A stretch of DNA of 45,379 bases. Source: Octopus sinensis (lineage: Eukaryota). Made by a program: the position numbers and the translations under genes. This document shows, piece by piece, positions 1 to 12,362 of this stretch (the first letter of the stretch is position 1; each line of letters begins with the position of its first letter). Below the pieces are notes generated by a model. The model was not told where the DNA came from, ran no database searches, and worked only from the letters and a program-made list of their open reading frames with translations. The stretch spans positions 1 through 45,379 of the forward strand of contig NW_021834994.1 in the NCBI RefSeq assembly GCF_006345805.1. Reading direction: 5' to 3'.

Positions 1-1072
1 ATACTGAAATCAAAGTTCCTTATGCGTTCATATTTAGACGCGTTCTCTATTTTTCTCTATACGTTCTTGTATAGAAATTGTTTCTTTGCACTGGTAGATG
101 GGGAAAACTGTGAAATTTGGTCGGATATTACCTGCACATCTCCCTATGTATTCACTCAAAGGAACTTGTCTGTATTGTGGGAACCGGATCTGTTCCTTAT
201 GTGTGGTTCTGTGTCAGTGTCATACTTGTCTGTCCTATATAGTTATGTCCACAAACTGAGCAAGTTATAACATAAATTAGATTCTCGGATGCACAAGTGA
301 AGTTCATTTTAATTGCGAACCTCTCTCCTTGTTTGAATAGGAATTCTGAGCCTTCCGGTATGTTGGAGCATGTTCCAGAGTTTGGGTGTCCACATTTTTT
401 AACCGTTGGTTTTGTGGTTGTTGTGTAAAAGTTCGAATCTGTGTGAAGTATTTTCTGCGATTTGTATTGCATTTTGCATTTGATGAATTTATATGTTTTC
501 AGTATTTTGTTCATTTTGGGATCTCTAGTGAGCATGGGTAGATTTTGTACAATAGCGTTGTATGCCTCATTGTTTCTAGGGTTGTGAGTTGAAATATACA
601 GTTGTGTCTTGAGATGAGGTGTGATGTTACGTTTTGATGCCTTTGGTGTTTTAATGTCTAATTTCTTAGCACGCTTAATTCCATCGTCTTTAAGTGAGGT
701 TAGTGAGGGTGGATATTGTCTTTCAGTCAGGGATATTCTGAGGTTTTGAAGACGAAGGTCCTGAGTATTTCTCTCAGACACTGTTATACAGATCCTTTGT
801 GCCAAATTAAAGGGGATATTTCTTTTGGTGCGTTTCGAGTGGCATGAACTAAACAGGAGACATTACTTCGAGTCTGTTGGTTTATGATAGATACCAGTTA
901 TAACTTGGTTGTTAACTTTTTTTATCATTATTTCCAAGAAAGGGAGCTGTTCTTTGCTTTATTCCATTATGAATTAAATGTTAGGGTTTAAACTATTTCG
1001 TGTTGATTTGAATTCCAAAAGTTTATCAATGGTCTCCTTGTTCTTGTGTATTTCAGGTAGGCCATAAAAAGA
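1..1072 (-). mobile_element. Penelope-like retroelement fragment (RT N-terminal motif, RT thumb, GIY-YIG endonuclease), decayed
   Basis: Minus-strand translation gives FYGLPEIHK (about 1044-1070), then LNPNI*FIME*SKEQLPFLEI...IYHKPTD...NIPFNLAQRI, then CGHPNSGTC...FTCASENLIYVITCSVCGHNYIGQT. These are typical PLE RT and GIY-YIG motifs; stops and frameshifts are present. Confidence 0.88.
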
Positions 1073-1074
1073 CT

Positions 1075-1143
1075 GTATGCATGTATGTATGTATGCATGT
1101 ATGTATGTATGTATGTATGTATGTATGTATGTATGCATGTATG

Positions 1144-1175
<32 letters not shown>

Positions 1176-1317
1176 TGTATGTATGTACGTATGTATGTAT
1201 GTATGTATGTATGTATGCATGTATGTACGTATAAACGTATGCATGTATGCATTTATGTATGTATGAACGTATGCATGTATGTATGTATTTATGTATGTGT
1301 AAACGTATGCATGTATG

Positions 1318-1348
<31 letters not shown>

Positions 1349-1367
1349 AAACGTATGCATGTATGTG

Positions 1368-1399
<32 letters not shown>

Positions 1400-1401
1400 T
1401 G
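1075..1401. repeat. (ATGT)n/(ATGC) tetranucleotide microsatellite
   Basis: Direct reading; source of the MYVC/HTYI ORFs. Confidence 0.98.
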
Positions 1402-2508
1402 TACCTGTGATTGCTTTTTAATCATTCTCAATACATGCTTATAATAGAAATGTGTAAAGACTTGTTAGTATATCCGTGAGTTTTAATAAATAGTGAAACC
1501 CTATAACTAAAATGTACAATTGTGCAAGTTTATTTCGTGATTAGCCGTCACGCTTTCAGCAAGCATAGTGAAAAGTATGCTTCACTGATTAAATAAAAAT
1601 ATGTCCAAAACATAGAACGAGTTATTTTCCTTATTGAAAACAATAGTAGTTACGGACTATTGGTTTTAATCTTACGATGGACACAAGCGAATATTTGATG
1701 GCATATGCCATATATTGCCTTGCATGCTTTACAACACACAATAAACCTTGGCTTTAGGGCACCGTAGCCATCCAGGAGGGTTGCAAAGCAAGAAGTAGCA
1801 TAAAATGTGGAAACAGGGGGACATCCATGAGTCATGACCTGGATGCGGTCCGCCTCCTTTCCACAGAGTATAAGGAGTTAAGGGTCGAAACACTTGCTTG
1901 GAAATGGGATTCCTCTGATGATCTTCTGCAGTTCATCGTTCCCTAGAGTTTGTTTCTATTATGAGTGTCAGGTCGGAACAAATTCTTTACTTTGGTTCTC
2001 TATGGTTTCACATATGTAGTAGTTGATGAAAGTTTTCTTTGTGTGCATGTTTGTGTGTACATATGCATGTGAGTGTAATAGAGAGCGTCATCAAGCATGT
2101 ACCCAAAGTACTCGCAACTGCGCATGTACCGAAACACCTTTAAATGAAATTAGCTAGTTAATTCTATTTTCCCAGCTAAATTGCTTGTAGCAATAAAAAT
2201 AAGAAAGTAAGCGAAAACAAAAACATAATATAATAAAATACTTGAAAAATTAGATTTGAGTGCTTAATTTCAGATTGAGAGATTAGCTATCGCTTTACTT
2301 TATAATTGGTGACACGGTCGACAGTTAAGTGATAGATAAGTGGTGGGTATCCCGACTCTACGACTGTATTGTATGCTATCTCAGATTGGTGGTAATGTAA
2401 TTTTGCGTTGGAGATCTAAGCAGCTCTTTTACATAGATAGATGCATCCACATACACACCACACATACAAGCATGCACCCCCCACATACTCACACTCACAC
2501 AATCTCAT

Positions 2509-2569
<61 letters not shown>

Positions 2570-2609
2570 TTTATATATATATATATATAATATATATACA
2601 CATACATAT

Positions 2610-2790
2610 TCTAATATATATATAATAGACTCTGTGTGTGTGTTCGCCTTTCACGCGAAAACGGCTACACGAATTGGTTCCATATTTGGGGTGCAGGAAT
2701 GATTTTACCTAGGATACAATAATATGGTCTTGATTTATTTATTTTTATTAAAAATAAATAATATTGCTTTATATAAGATTAACTTCTTTA
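2610..2790 (+). mobile_element. Non-autonomous Helitron-like 5' fragment; related copy at about 3600-3750
   Basis: Starts TCTAATATATAT; tgtgttcgcctttcacgcgaaaacggctacacga is repeated as tgtgttcgcttttctcgcgaaaacggctgcacga at about 3604. Confidence 0.45.
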
Positions 2791-3160
2791 GAAAGGTTTT
2801 TCAATATCTACTTCCGTTGATGACGTAGCAACTGCGGTGAGATAGACACACGTATATCTGACGTAGCAACTGTGGTTAGCTACACAAATGTACGTATACA
2901 ATGCGCCGTTGATGAATATTTATATTTTAACCGCTTCTATTTCATTTCAGTCGCATTGTGGCTTTTGTTCCTAGGGGAAATACATGAACGTCACAGCTTC
3001 CTATATATTTCTTTGCTTGAAAATCTTACTATTTCCGTTTCCCAGAGAAACATTTTGTTTCTTGGAACTACATTCTTTTTTGTCGTTCTTCTAAGTATTT
3101 CTGTTGTCTTTGTTACTAACTGTCTCTCTATTTATCTAAATCTATATCTCTCTGTCTGAA

Positions 3161-3330
3161 AGGCGGCGAGCTGGCAGAATCGTTAGCACGCCGGGCGAAA
3201 TGCGTAGCCGTATTTCGTCTGCCGTTACGTGTTCTGGGTTCAAATTCCGCCGAGGTCGACTTTGCCTTTCATCCTTTCGGGGTCGATAAATTAAGTACCA
3301 GTTTAGCCCCTTGTGGGTAGTAAAGAAATA
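3161..3330 (+). mobile_element. tRNA-derived SINE family A (Meta-domain-like core), internally deleted
   Basis: Head ggcggcgagctggcagaatcgttag with B box gggttcaaattcc; core gtcgactttgcctttcatcctttcggggtcgataaattaagtaccag; tail ccccttgtgggtagtaaagaaata. Confidence 0.88.
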
Positions 3331-3389
3331 TATATCTGTCTGTCTCTCTCTCTGTCTCCCTATCTATCTATCGATCTATCTACCTAGCT

Positions 3390-3590
3390 CAGTGCTTTTC
3401 AAACATTTTGCTGGAGCGGAACCCCAAAGAAACATTTCACTGGCTCAAGGAACCCCTGTGCAATAATTTAATTGTCTTATGCACACATATATGCACAGGA
3501 GAATTAAAAATTACTGCCGATTTTAGCAGTTTTGCAACTTCTTGCGGAACCCCTGGACTGTACTGGCGGAACCCTGGTTGAAAACCACTG
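3390..3590. mobile_element. hAT (Charlie-like) MITE, 201 bp
   Basis: TIRs cagtgcttttcaa / ttgaaaaccactg; perfect 8-bp TSD ACCTAGCT at 3382-3389 and 3591-3598. Confidence 0.92.
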
Positions 3591-3885
3591 ACCTAGCTAG
3601 CTATGTGTTCGCTTTTCTCGCGAAAACGGCTGCACGAGTTACTACCATACTTGTGTGCAGGAATTATTAGACCTGAGACAGAATGATACGGTCTTGAATC
3701 CTTTTTTCATTAAAAATAAATAATATTACTTTAATAGAAATATTAAAATTACTAAGTCTCTCTAAAGGAGATTACGGCAGCATTACTGGATATTAATAGT
3801 TATCGCCAAACTAATATGGCAGTCTATAAATATAAGACTAAAGCTGTCGCTGATTAGCTCCAAGAGGCCATCGTGTGTCATATAG

Positions 3886-4002
3886 CTAGCTAGAGGCGAA
3901 GGCCTCTTGGAGTTAATCAGCGACAGCTTTAGTCTTATATTTATAGACTGCCATATTAGTATGGCGATAACTATTAATATTACTTTATATCTATATATAA
4001 GA
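3886..4002 (-). mobile_element. Tiny Helitron-like deletion derivative forming the right arm of an 80-bp inverted repeat
   Basis: Minus strand starts TCTTATATATAG and ends with hairpin GAGGC-CTTC-GCCTC followed by TAGCTAG. Confidence 0.5.
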
Positions 4003-4960
4003 TTCACTTCTTTACTAAATGTACTTTCTCTCACTCCTCTTGTTTGTGTAGTGCGGGTTGTGCTCTTCTGTCGGGTATCTGTGACACCTGTGGATTTTGT
4101 TCAAATTGTTTGGTATTCAAAGTATGAGTCTATCCTTGTATGTTTCGTGGGGGTGCTGGGTGTTGCATAAAAGCGTGTGCAAAACTTTTGGAGGATTGAG
4201 GGGGAAGATATTATATTGTATCACTATGGTTTGTTATGAGGTCTGGTTTGAGTTTTCTGTTGTATTAGTTTTTGTATTGTGTGTTGCTTGTGTAACGCAG
4301 GTTGTGTTCTGTCGGGTATCGGCTTTCTATGGCACATGTTGTGTGTTTTGTTCATATTGTTGGGTATCACAGTGTGAGTTTATTCTTGTATGTCTTTTTG
4401 GTGGGGTAGTCGTGGGGTGCATAGTAGTGAGTGTAAATCATAGATCAACTATTTCATAGCATTTATGATTATTTGTCCGCCGTTCTTTCTCTTTTTTGGT
4501 TGGCTTTGATAAGGGTTCCTTTTTTACAGCGTTTACTTTTTTACTGAACACCGCCGATGGACATGTGTTGATGTTTCTTTCATAGTTACAATCATAATCA
4601 TAAGTATTATTGATGCATCAACGAGAGACCAAGAATAATTAGTAATATGTATATATACACTAAATATATACACTAAAAAATAATAGGGTATCTAATCCTA
4701 GTTTATTCTTAAAATTTCAAAGTATTTACAGTAAAGGAAAACAAAAAAAAAAACAATTTAATTTTAAAAATTTTACCAAAAAAAAAAACAACTATAAAAT
4801 TTTCTTTTACAAAAATTCACATCTTACTTTACTTTAAACCAAAACCTTTTAATCTTAATCATAAGTATAACAATTTAAAAGATAAAAACCAACCTGGTTT
4901 TCACCGGTTTCAACTCAGATCATGTAAAATTTTAAAAATCGAACAAAATATGGATGCATA

Positions 4961-5367
4961 CTCTTTACTCTTTTACTTGTTTCAGTCATTTGACTGCGGC
5001 CACGCTGGAGCACCGCCTTTAGTCGAGCAAATCGACCCCAGGACTTATTCTTCGTAAGCCCAGTACTTATTCTATCGGTCTCTTTTGCCAAACCGCTAAG
5101 TGACGGGGACGTAAACACACCAGCATCGGTTGTCAAGCAATGCTAGGGGGACAAACACAGACACACAAACACACACATACACATATATGTATACATACAT
5201 ATATACGACGGGCTTCTTTCAGTTTCCGTCTACCAAATCCACTCACAAGGCTTTGGTTGGCCCGAGGCTATAGTAGAAGACACTTGCCCAAGATGCCACG
5301 CAGTGGGACTGAAACCGGAACCATGTGGTTGGTTAGCAAGCTACTTACCACATAGCCACTCCTGCGC
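4961..5367 (-). mobile_element. tRNA-derived SINE family B (CORE-like centre, internal TA/CA microsatellite)
   Basis: Reverse complement of gcgcaggagtggctatgtggtaagtagc...ggttccggtttcagtccc...cttgggcaagtgtcttctactatagcc...gactgaaacaagtaaaaagag. Confidence 0.9.
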
Positions 5368-5610
5368 ATATGTAATTAAAATTTAAAATTTAAAATTTTA
5401 CTCAAAGTTTTGCAGTTTTCGTATAAAAATGTGTTTCCTGAGATGGCTTGCATTTAGACATAGTTTCCTTTCATTGTTTTTGCAGATCCTTAATTTCTAC
5501 TTCGTGATGGGTTTAGATTGTATCTATCTTCTCAGCAACTCATTGTCTCACATCCATGCGGTTTGGTATTCGTTGCGGTATTCTCGTATAATAATAATAA
5601 TTCTTTCTAT

Positions 5611-5975
5611 TCTCTTACTTGCTTCAGTCATTTGACTGCGGCCCCAGGACTTATTCTTTGTAAGCCTAGCACTTATTCTATCGGTTCCTTAGGCCGAACC
5701 GCTAGGTTACGGGGACGTAAACACACCAGCATCTGTTATCAAGCAATGGTGGGGGGACAAACACAGATACAGAAACTTAAACACACACACACCTATAGAT
5801 AAATATATATACATATATACGACGGGCTTCTTTCAGTTTCCGTCAAACAAATCCACTCACAAAGCTTTGGTCGACCCGGGACTATAGTAGAAGACACTTG
5901 CCCAAGGTACCACGCAATGAGACCGAACCTAGAACCATGTGATTGGTAAGCAAGCTACTTACGACACAGCCACTC

Positions 5976-5976
<1 letters not shown>
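5611..5976 (-). mobile_element. SINE family B copy
   Basis: Same head, core and tail as 4961-5367, with small deletions. Confidence 0.88.
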
Positions 5977-6036
<60 letters not shown>

Positions 6037-6115
6037 TTATCACATCATCATCATCATCATCATTATTATTATTATTATTATCATTATTATTATTATTATT
6101 ATTATTATAATTATA

Positions 6116-6160
<45 letters not shown>

Positions 6161-6243
6161 ATTATAATTATTATTATTATTATTATTATCATTATTATTA
6201 TTATTATTATTATTATATTATATTATTATTATTATTATTATTA
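5977..6243. repeat. (ATT)n microsatellite
   Basis: Direct reading. Confidence 0.98.
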
Positions 6244-6462
6244 AGGCGACGAGCTGGAAGAATCCTAAGCACGCGGGTAAAATGCTTAGCGGTATTTCGC
6301 CCGTTTTTATGTTCTGAGTTCAAATTCCGCCGAGGTCGACTTTGCTTTTCATCCTTTCGAGGTCGAAAAATTAAGTACCATCCAAGTACTACTGGGGATT
6401 GACGTGATCGACTTAGACCCCCACCCCACAAATTTCAGACCTTTTGCCTATAGTAGAAGGGA
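6244..6462 (+). mobile_element. SINE family A copy with alternative tail ending in (ATT)n
   Basis: Head ggcgacgagctggaagaatc; same core; tail aaatttcagaccttttgcctatagtagaagggattatt. Confidence 0.85.
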
Positions 6463-7100
6463 TTATTATTGTTGTTGTTGTTATTATTATTAATATTATT
6501 TTTATTATTAATATCAACAACAATAATATTTTCCGTCTCTTGTAGAAGAAATTCATCGTATCTTCAAAACACTGTTTCGAATTTCTAATTCAGTTTCTTC
6601 CGTTAATGGGTAACAATGTGAAATTATAAGATGAATCTAAAATTTCCCGTAGATAACAATAAGTGCTGCCATCAGAAGGCAGAAGAATCAAGTTAGTTAA
6701 ATGAGAAAAACAAAAATAGACAATATTGGTTATATTGGTCTATATAAACACTTCTCTCAAGAAAAGACATCCTGCCAATCTGAAAAGTTATTTTACAACG
6801 CCCTGAAGACATTGTGTCACTTCTAAATTTATATTTGTAGGTAATTATAAAGGAATAATTACAAATATCGAAAAGGGCAATGGGAAATAAACTAGGAAAC
6901 ATACATACACACACACTCATTCACTCACTTACACACATACACATACACACACACATACTGTTAGCTGCCATCGAGAGAGCTTTTTCGACCTTCCGGAAAT
7001 AGCAATACAAAAATCATCAGAATACAACTTAGGGTCTAAAATGAAGTTGGGAAGTATTGTCATTATAACAGAACATGACGGTCATGGGTGTATATATATA

Positions 7101-7613
7101 TCTATATATATAAAACTGTAGTTGTGTGAGTGTCTGTCCCCTTCGATTTAGATTCCTAACTACTCCCACATTTTGCGGTGCAGTTTAACCAAATTCGGGT
7201 ATCTTATAGTCGTGATTCATATCGAGCCCTTCTGGGTATTAGCGCACGTCTACGATGATATCTACGATTTTAAAAATAATTTAACATCATTTTTTTTCCA
7301 TTTTAATGCATAATTTTTCGTGTGTCGATGGCGGCGGAGTTGGCGTCCATGGTCACACCTGCACCTGTTTGCTTCTCCCCCTTCTTTCCTCCCTCGTGAA
7401 GCTGAGGGGAAGGGAGTGTAAGGAAATTAACGTCGTAAAGCGTTGTCAAGGAGACCAGCGTTCTTTTAGAACAACGACTTCATGGCATGAAGACAGCAAA
7501 ACAGAAATGGCTAAGAAAGCCCGAATTGGCATCTATAAGGGAAGTAACTCTCTGAAAATGCTTATATAGTTATTTCCCTTACAAACCCGAGCAACGCCGG
7601 GCGATACTGCTAG
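7101..7613 (+). mobile_element. Non-autonomous Helitron with a GC-rich internal segment
   Basis: 5' TCTATATATATAAA; 3' hairpin CCCG-agcaacgc-CGGG then cgatactgCTAG followed by T; A/T insertion site. Confidence 0.9.
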
Positions 7614-7629
7614 TATATATATATATATA

Positions 7630-8026
7630 TCTTTATATATAAAAGTGAGGTTGTGTGCTGTCTGTCTCCTACGATTTAGATTCCTAACTACTCCCACATT
7701 TTGCGGTGCAGTTTAACCCAAACCGGGTATCTTATAGTCGTGATTCATATCGAGCCCTTCTGGGTATTAGCGCGCGTCTACGACGAGTCTACGATTAAAA
7801 AAAAATTGACCATCAATTTTTCCCATTTTTAATGCATCTTTGGCATATACAAGGGAAGTAACTCTCTAAAAATTTATTATTAAATCTCAGAACGTAAAAA
7901 GCTACAGTAACACCCCCCCCCTTTGTGGTTAGCCATATTGAGATGGCTATTATACTTTACATTTCTAAAAACGCTTATATAGCTATTTCCCTTACAAACC
8001 CGAGCAACGCCGGGTGATACTGCTAG
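7630..8026 (+). mobile_element. Non-autonomous Helitron, same family, adjacent copy
   Basis: 5' TCTTTATATATAAA; about 200 bp shared with the 7101 copy; 3' cccgagcaacgccgggtgatactgCTAG-T. Confidence 0.9.
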
Positions 8027-8356
8027 TATATATATATATATTTATATATATATATATAGGCACGTATCCAAGTCGGTAGACAATGAAACAACTTGCCTAT
8101 CTAATTGTGACGTCTGTCCTCAAAGTGGTGCTCCTTTGTCTTTTGTTGACAGAACGTTTTATGCTTCATTGCCTCATTTACAGCAGCCCATTCACACAAT
8201 TGCATACTTCCTCAGAGTCTCTGAGTGAAGAGCTATCCAACCAACACACATACACACACACACGTAGGCCCACATGCGCGCGCACGTATGTATATATGTA
8301 TATGCATATAGATCTGGTAATACAGACAACGGAAATTAGAAGTGAACGCATAAATA

Positions 8357-8425
<69 letters not shown>

Positions 8426-8472
8426 CATACATATATATACATATACATACATATCTATACACACCACATATA

Positions 8473-8534
<62 letters not shown>

Positions 8535-8585
8535 GGTATACAGACAACGAAAATTGGAAGTGAACGCATGAGTATCTGTATGTAT

Positions 8586-9227
8586 ATATACATATATATA
8601 TATATATGTATGTATGTATGCATGTATGTATGTATGTATGTATGTATGTATTTATGTATGTATGTATGTATGTATGCATGTATGTAGTGTATGTATGCAT
8701 GTATTATGTATGTATGCATGTATGTATGGATGCATGTATGTATGTATGTATGTATGCATGTATGTATGTATGCATCTATGTATGTATGTATGTATGTATG
8801 TATGTATGCATGTATGTATGTATGTATGTATGTATGTATGTATGTATGCATGTATGTATGCATGTATGTATGTATGTATGTATGCATGTATGTATGTATG
8901 CATGTATGTATGTATGTATGTATGCATGTATGTATGGATGCATGTATGTATGTATGTATGTATGTATGTATGTATGTATGCATGTATGCATGTATGTATG
9001 TATGTATGTATGTATGTATGTATGTATGTATGTATGTATGCATGTATGTATGTATGCATGTATGTATGTATGTATGTATGCATGTATGTATGGATGCATG
9101 TATGTATGTATGTGGTATGTATGTATGTATGTATGTATGTATGTATGCATGTATGTATGCATGTATGTATGTATGCATGTATGTATGGATGTATTATTGT
9201 ATGTATGTATGTAGGATGTATGTATGC

Positions 9228-9260
<33 letters not shown>

Positions 9261-9715
9261 TGTATGTATGTATGCATGTATGTATGCATGTATGTATGTA
9301 TGCATGTATGTATGGATGCATGTATGTATGTATGTATGCATGTATGTATGTATGCATGTATGTATGTATGCATGTATGCATGTATGTATGGATGCATGTA
9401 TGCATGTATGTATGTATGCATGTATGTATGTATGTATGTATGTATGTATGTATGCATGTATGTATGTATGTATGTATGTATGTATGTATGTATGCATGTA
9501 TGTATGCATGTATGTATGCATGTATGTATGGATGCATGTATGTATGTATGTATGTATGTATGTATGTATGCATGTATGTATGTATGTATGCATGTATGTA
9601 TGTATGCATGTATGTATGGATGCAAGTATGTATGTATGTATGTATGTATTTATGTATGCATGTATATATGCATGTATGTATGCATGTATGTATGTATGCA
9701 TGTATGTATGTATAT
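8586..9715. repeat. About 1.1 kb (ATGT)n/(ATGC)/(ATGG) microsatellite
   Basis: Direct reading; explains all ORFs from 8336 to 9797. Confidence 0.98.
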
Positions 9716-10068
9716 AGATCTGGTAATACAGACAACGTAAATTAGAAGTGCAAGCATGAGTATCTATATTTATATATATATACATAAATATATACATGTT
9801 ATATATATATATATATATGTTTGCCTGTTTGTTTGTACTCCACCTGCATTCGTCTTTTGTTTATTTTCGTAAACCTTCCCGCAATATGTTGCCTGCTCGC
9901 TTAGCCATCGGGTGGCGTCATTTGAAGGCTAAAACAATGCGAAGCGCATTGTGACCAGCGATATGTAGCAACATCTGATAGCCTGGTCGGTCACGGTGAT
10001 CACGGTGACATATGTATATAATATATATAATATATATATTATATATATATATATATATATAATATATA

Positions 10069-10104
<36 letters not shown>

Positions 10105-10465
10105 GAAATATGTTTGAAAAGAAAATAGAAACTACACGTGGAAAAGGTACGAGAAAAGTAGAAGTGAAAAAAGGGAAAATGCACATTGAATATCAAAAAA
10201 AAAAAAGACAAATGCTTTTTCTTAATAAAAAGTAGCGATAAATAAATACAATAAGATGAAGTGAGATGGGATTAAGAGGAATTAAATTAATTATTTTGAA
10301 TTGTTAAAGAGATTCAAAGTCAACCCTTTGTCGTCATTGCTGTTCACTGGCTTTGAATGCGTACCGATTATCAAACTGTATCGGGTCTACTAGTACCTGA
10401 GTAAAAGCATTGTGAAAGGTAGGTAAGTAGTTCTGGACGTGATGCAATTAGGTTTGATATAATAC

Positions 10466-10688
10466 TTATTTCTTTATTACCCACAAGGGGCTAAACATAG
10501 AGGGGACAGACAAGGACAGACATAGGTATTAAGTCGATTACATCGACCCTAGTGCGGAACTGGTACTTAATTTATCGACCCCGAAAGGATGAAAGGCAAA
10601 GTCAACCTCGGCAGAATTTGAACTCACAACGTAACGGCAGACGAAATACCGCTAAGCATTTCGCCCGGCGTGCTAACGTTTCTGCCAG
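10466..10688 (-). mobile_element. SINE family A copy
   Basis: Reverse complement of the family A head, core and tail. Confidence 0.88.
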
Positions 10689-11044
10689 TATTGATATAAT
10701 ACTGTAATATGAATGGTATGGGTGTTAGTTTCATGTCCATAAAGCGCTTATCAGATCCCATAACCTGTTGGATGCTTAAAACCTCTCTAGAATATGAAGG
10801 AGGAAATGATCTCACTACTCAATGTCAACAACAGCGGATTGTCTCCCTTTGACAATCCCTCGCAAATGACCCTTTTATCTTGAGGTTTCTAACAGCCCGG
10901 CAGGAATTTCCTGAAATGTGAGCACGGTCCGAAGACCTCTGTTCTAGAGTTAAGGACGTTCCCCTGGTCGAGCGAGTCCTTTAGAATCCTCGCTCGTTCC
11001 GCTCATATTTTAGGGACCGCACCCCATATATGCAGGGCCCCAAC

Positions 11045-12245
11045 GTCCGTAGAAGAAAGCGTCACAAAAATATGTAGTTTATCCATCCCTTTCTTTCTTA
11101 ACGTAAAAAACGTCTGTAGGTAGGGCATTCCTTAAGTTAATAGATAAGCATTTCACAAGTTCACATAGGTACGTATGCATTTTCAAGTCACAGCCTTAGG
11201 GTCTGATTTATCTGTGCCCCCAATATTAAGAGCATTCTAGTTAGCACCTCTAAACAACGAGCGGAGGCTGGATGTTCATGTAGGGAACATAGCAGATGCC
11301 CAGTGAGAAGCCACTGCGAAACCAAGGGAGTCGTCTATGAGGCTGAGGTGCTGGCCGATCCTAACAGCATCAGTAACAGCAGCAGCTCTCCAAACGGCCA
11401 GTACAGCAGGAGAGATGACAATACCAGTAGTAACAGCAATAGAAACACGAACAGAATCAGCGGCACCATCGTCGCCAGAGATAACAACAACAACAACGAC
11501 AGTAATGGCAGTATCCCGAATGGAAATAGAAGCAGAGCCATCGTCAATGATATCTATAACAGCAGTGGCAGCGCCTCCATCAACGATAATGATTATAACA
11601 ACAACACCATTACCAACACCTGCAGTGGCGGCACCATAACCATCGCCACCTCTAATGATGCCAACAGCAACAGCGCCAATTCTAACAACAGCGATAACAG
11701 CAACGCCAACAGCAACGCCAGCACACACACCACACGAGCACGGAGATACATCGGTTGCTCCGGTAACACATTCAAACATCGCCTCTCCAACCACAGATCT
11801 TCCTTCAGGATGCCGGAAAGGAAAAACGTTACGTCACCAGCCAGCCATGTATGGCAGCTGAAAGACTGCGAGATTCCATACACAATAATGTGGACAATTC
11901 TAGAAAATCCAGGCCCCGACATGAACGGGACCAAGCGTTGTAGCCTATGCGTCGTGGAGCGGGTGATGATTCTTAAAGACTCTCTCGACTCGGGGAACAT
12001 CCTTAACTCCAGAACGGGGTTTCCGGACCGCGCTTGCATTTCAGTAAATTCCAGCTGACCTATTGGAACCAACAAGTTAACAGGGCCACTTGCGTACGAT
12101 AACCAAAGGGAGACAATCCCCTCTTGTTGAAATTGGATAGCGAGGCTATTTCAGCATTCATATCGTAGAGAGGCCTTAAGCTAACTGGTTTTGGAATCTG
12201 ATTTTACACCGTAAACCAAAACGCTTTATGGACATGGAACCCGGC
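11045..12245 (+). mobile_element. Penelope-like element 3' portion: linker, Zn-binding CxC...CP...C motif, GIY-YIG endonuclease, 3' terminal repeat
   Basis: Translation across frameshifts: RRRKR...TSVGRAFLKLIDKHF...CAPNIKSIL...GCSCREHSRCPVRSHCETKGVVYEAEV...RYIGCSGNTFKHRLSNHRSSF...HVWQLKD..IPYTIMWTILE...RCSLCVVERVMIL...ILNSR. Confidence 0.88.
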
Positions 12246-12323
12246 CTTATCTAACTTTTTTGTATTATATACTGCTCTATAAATTACAGTGTGCTTCTTT
12301 TTCGGATTTATGTTTTACCGACG

Positions 12324-12362
<39 letters not shown>

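Noticed and set aside
1860-1950. BEL/Pao-like peptide LAWKWDSSDDLLQF
   Set aside because: Single short motif with no flanking RT or RNase H similarity.
4030-4450. GT-rich imperfect ~240-bp direct repeat, possible LINE endonuclease remnant
   Set aside because: No convincing motif in any frame.
8311-9765. CRISPR-like repeat-spacer pattern
   Set aside because: Eukaryotic context, spacers are microsatellites of very unequal length, no cas genes.
974-9797. Long ORFs of MYVC/HTYI repeats (up to 381 aa)
   Set aside because: Open in many frames on both strands because (ATGT)n lacks stop codons; not genes.
10715-10765. Hammerhead in the inverted terminal repeat (CTGATAA...GAAAC on the minus strand)
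   Set aside because: G8 is missing and no stem II or cleavage triplet can be formed.
11276-12075. Minus-strand Val/Ala/Leu-rich ORFs
   Set aside because: Antisense shadows of the low-complexity GIY-YIG ORF.
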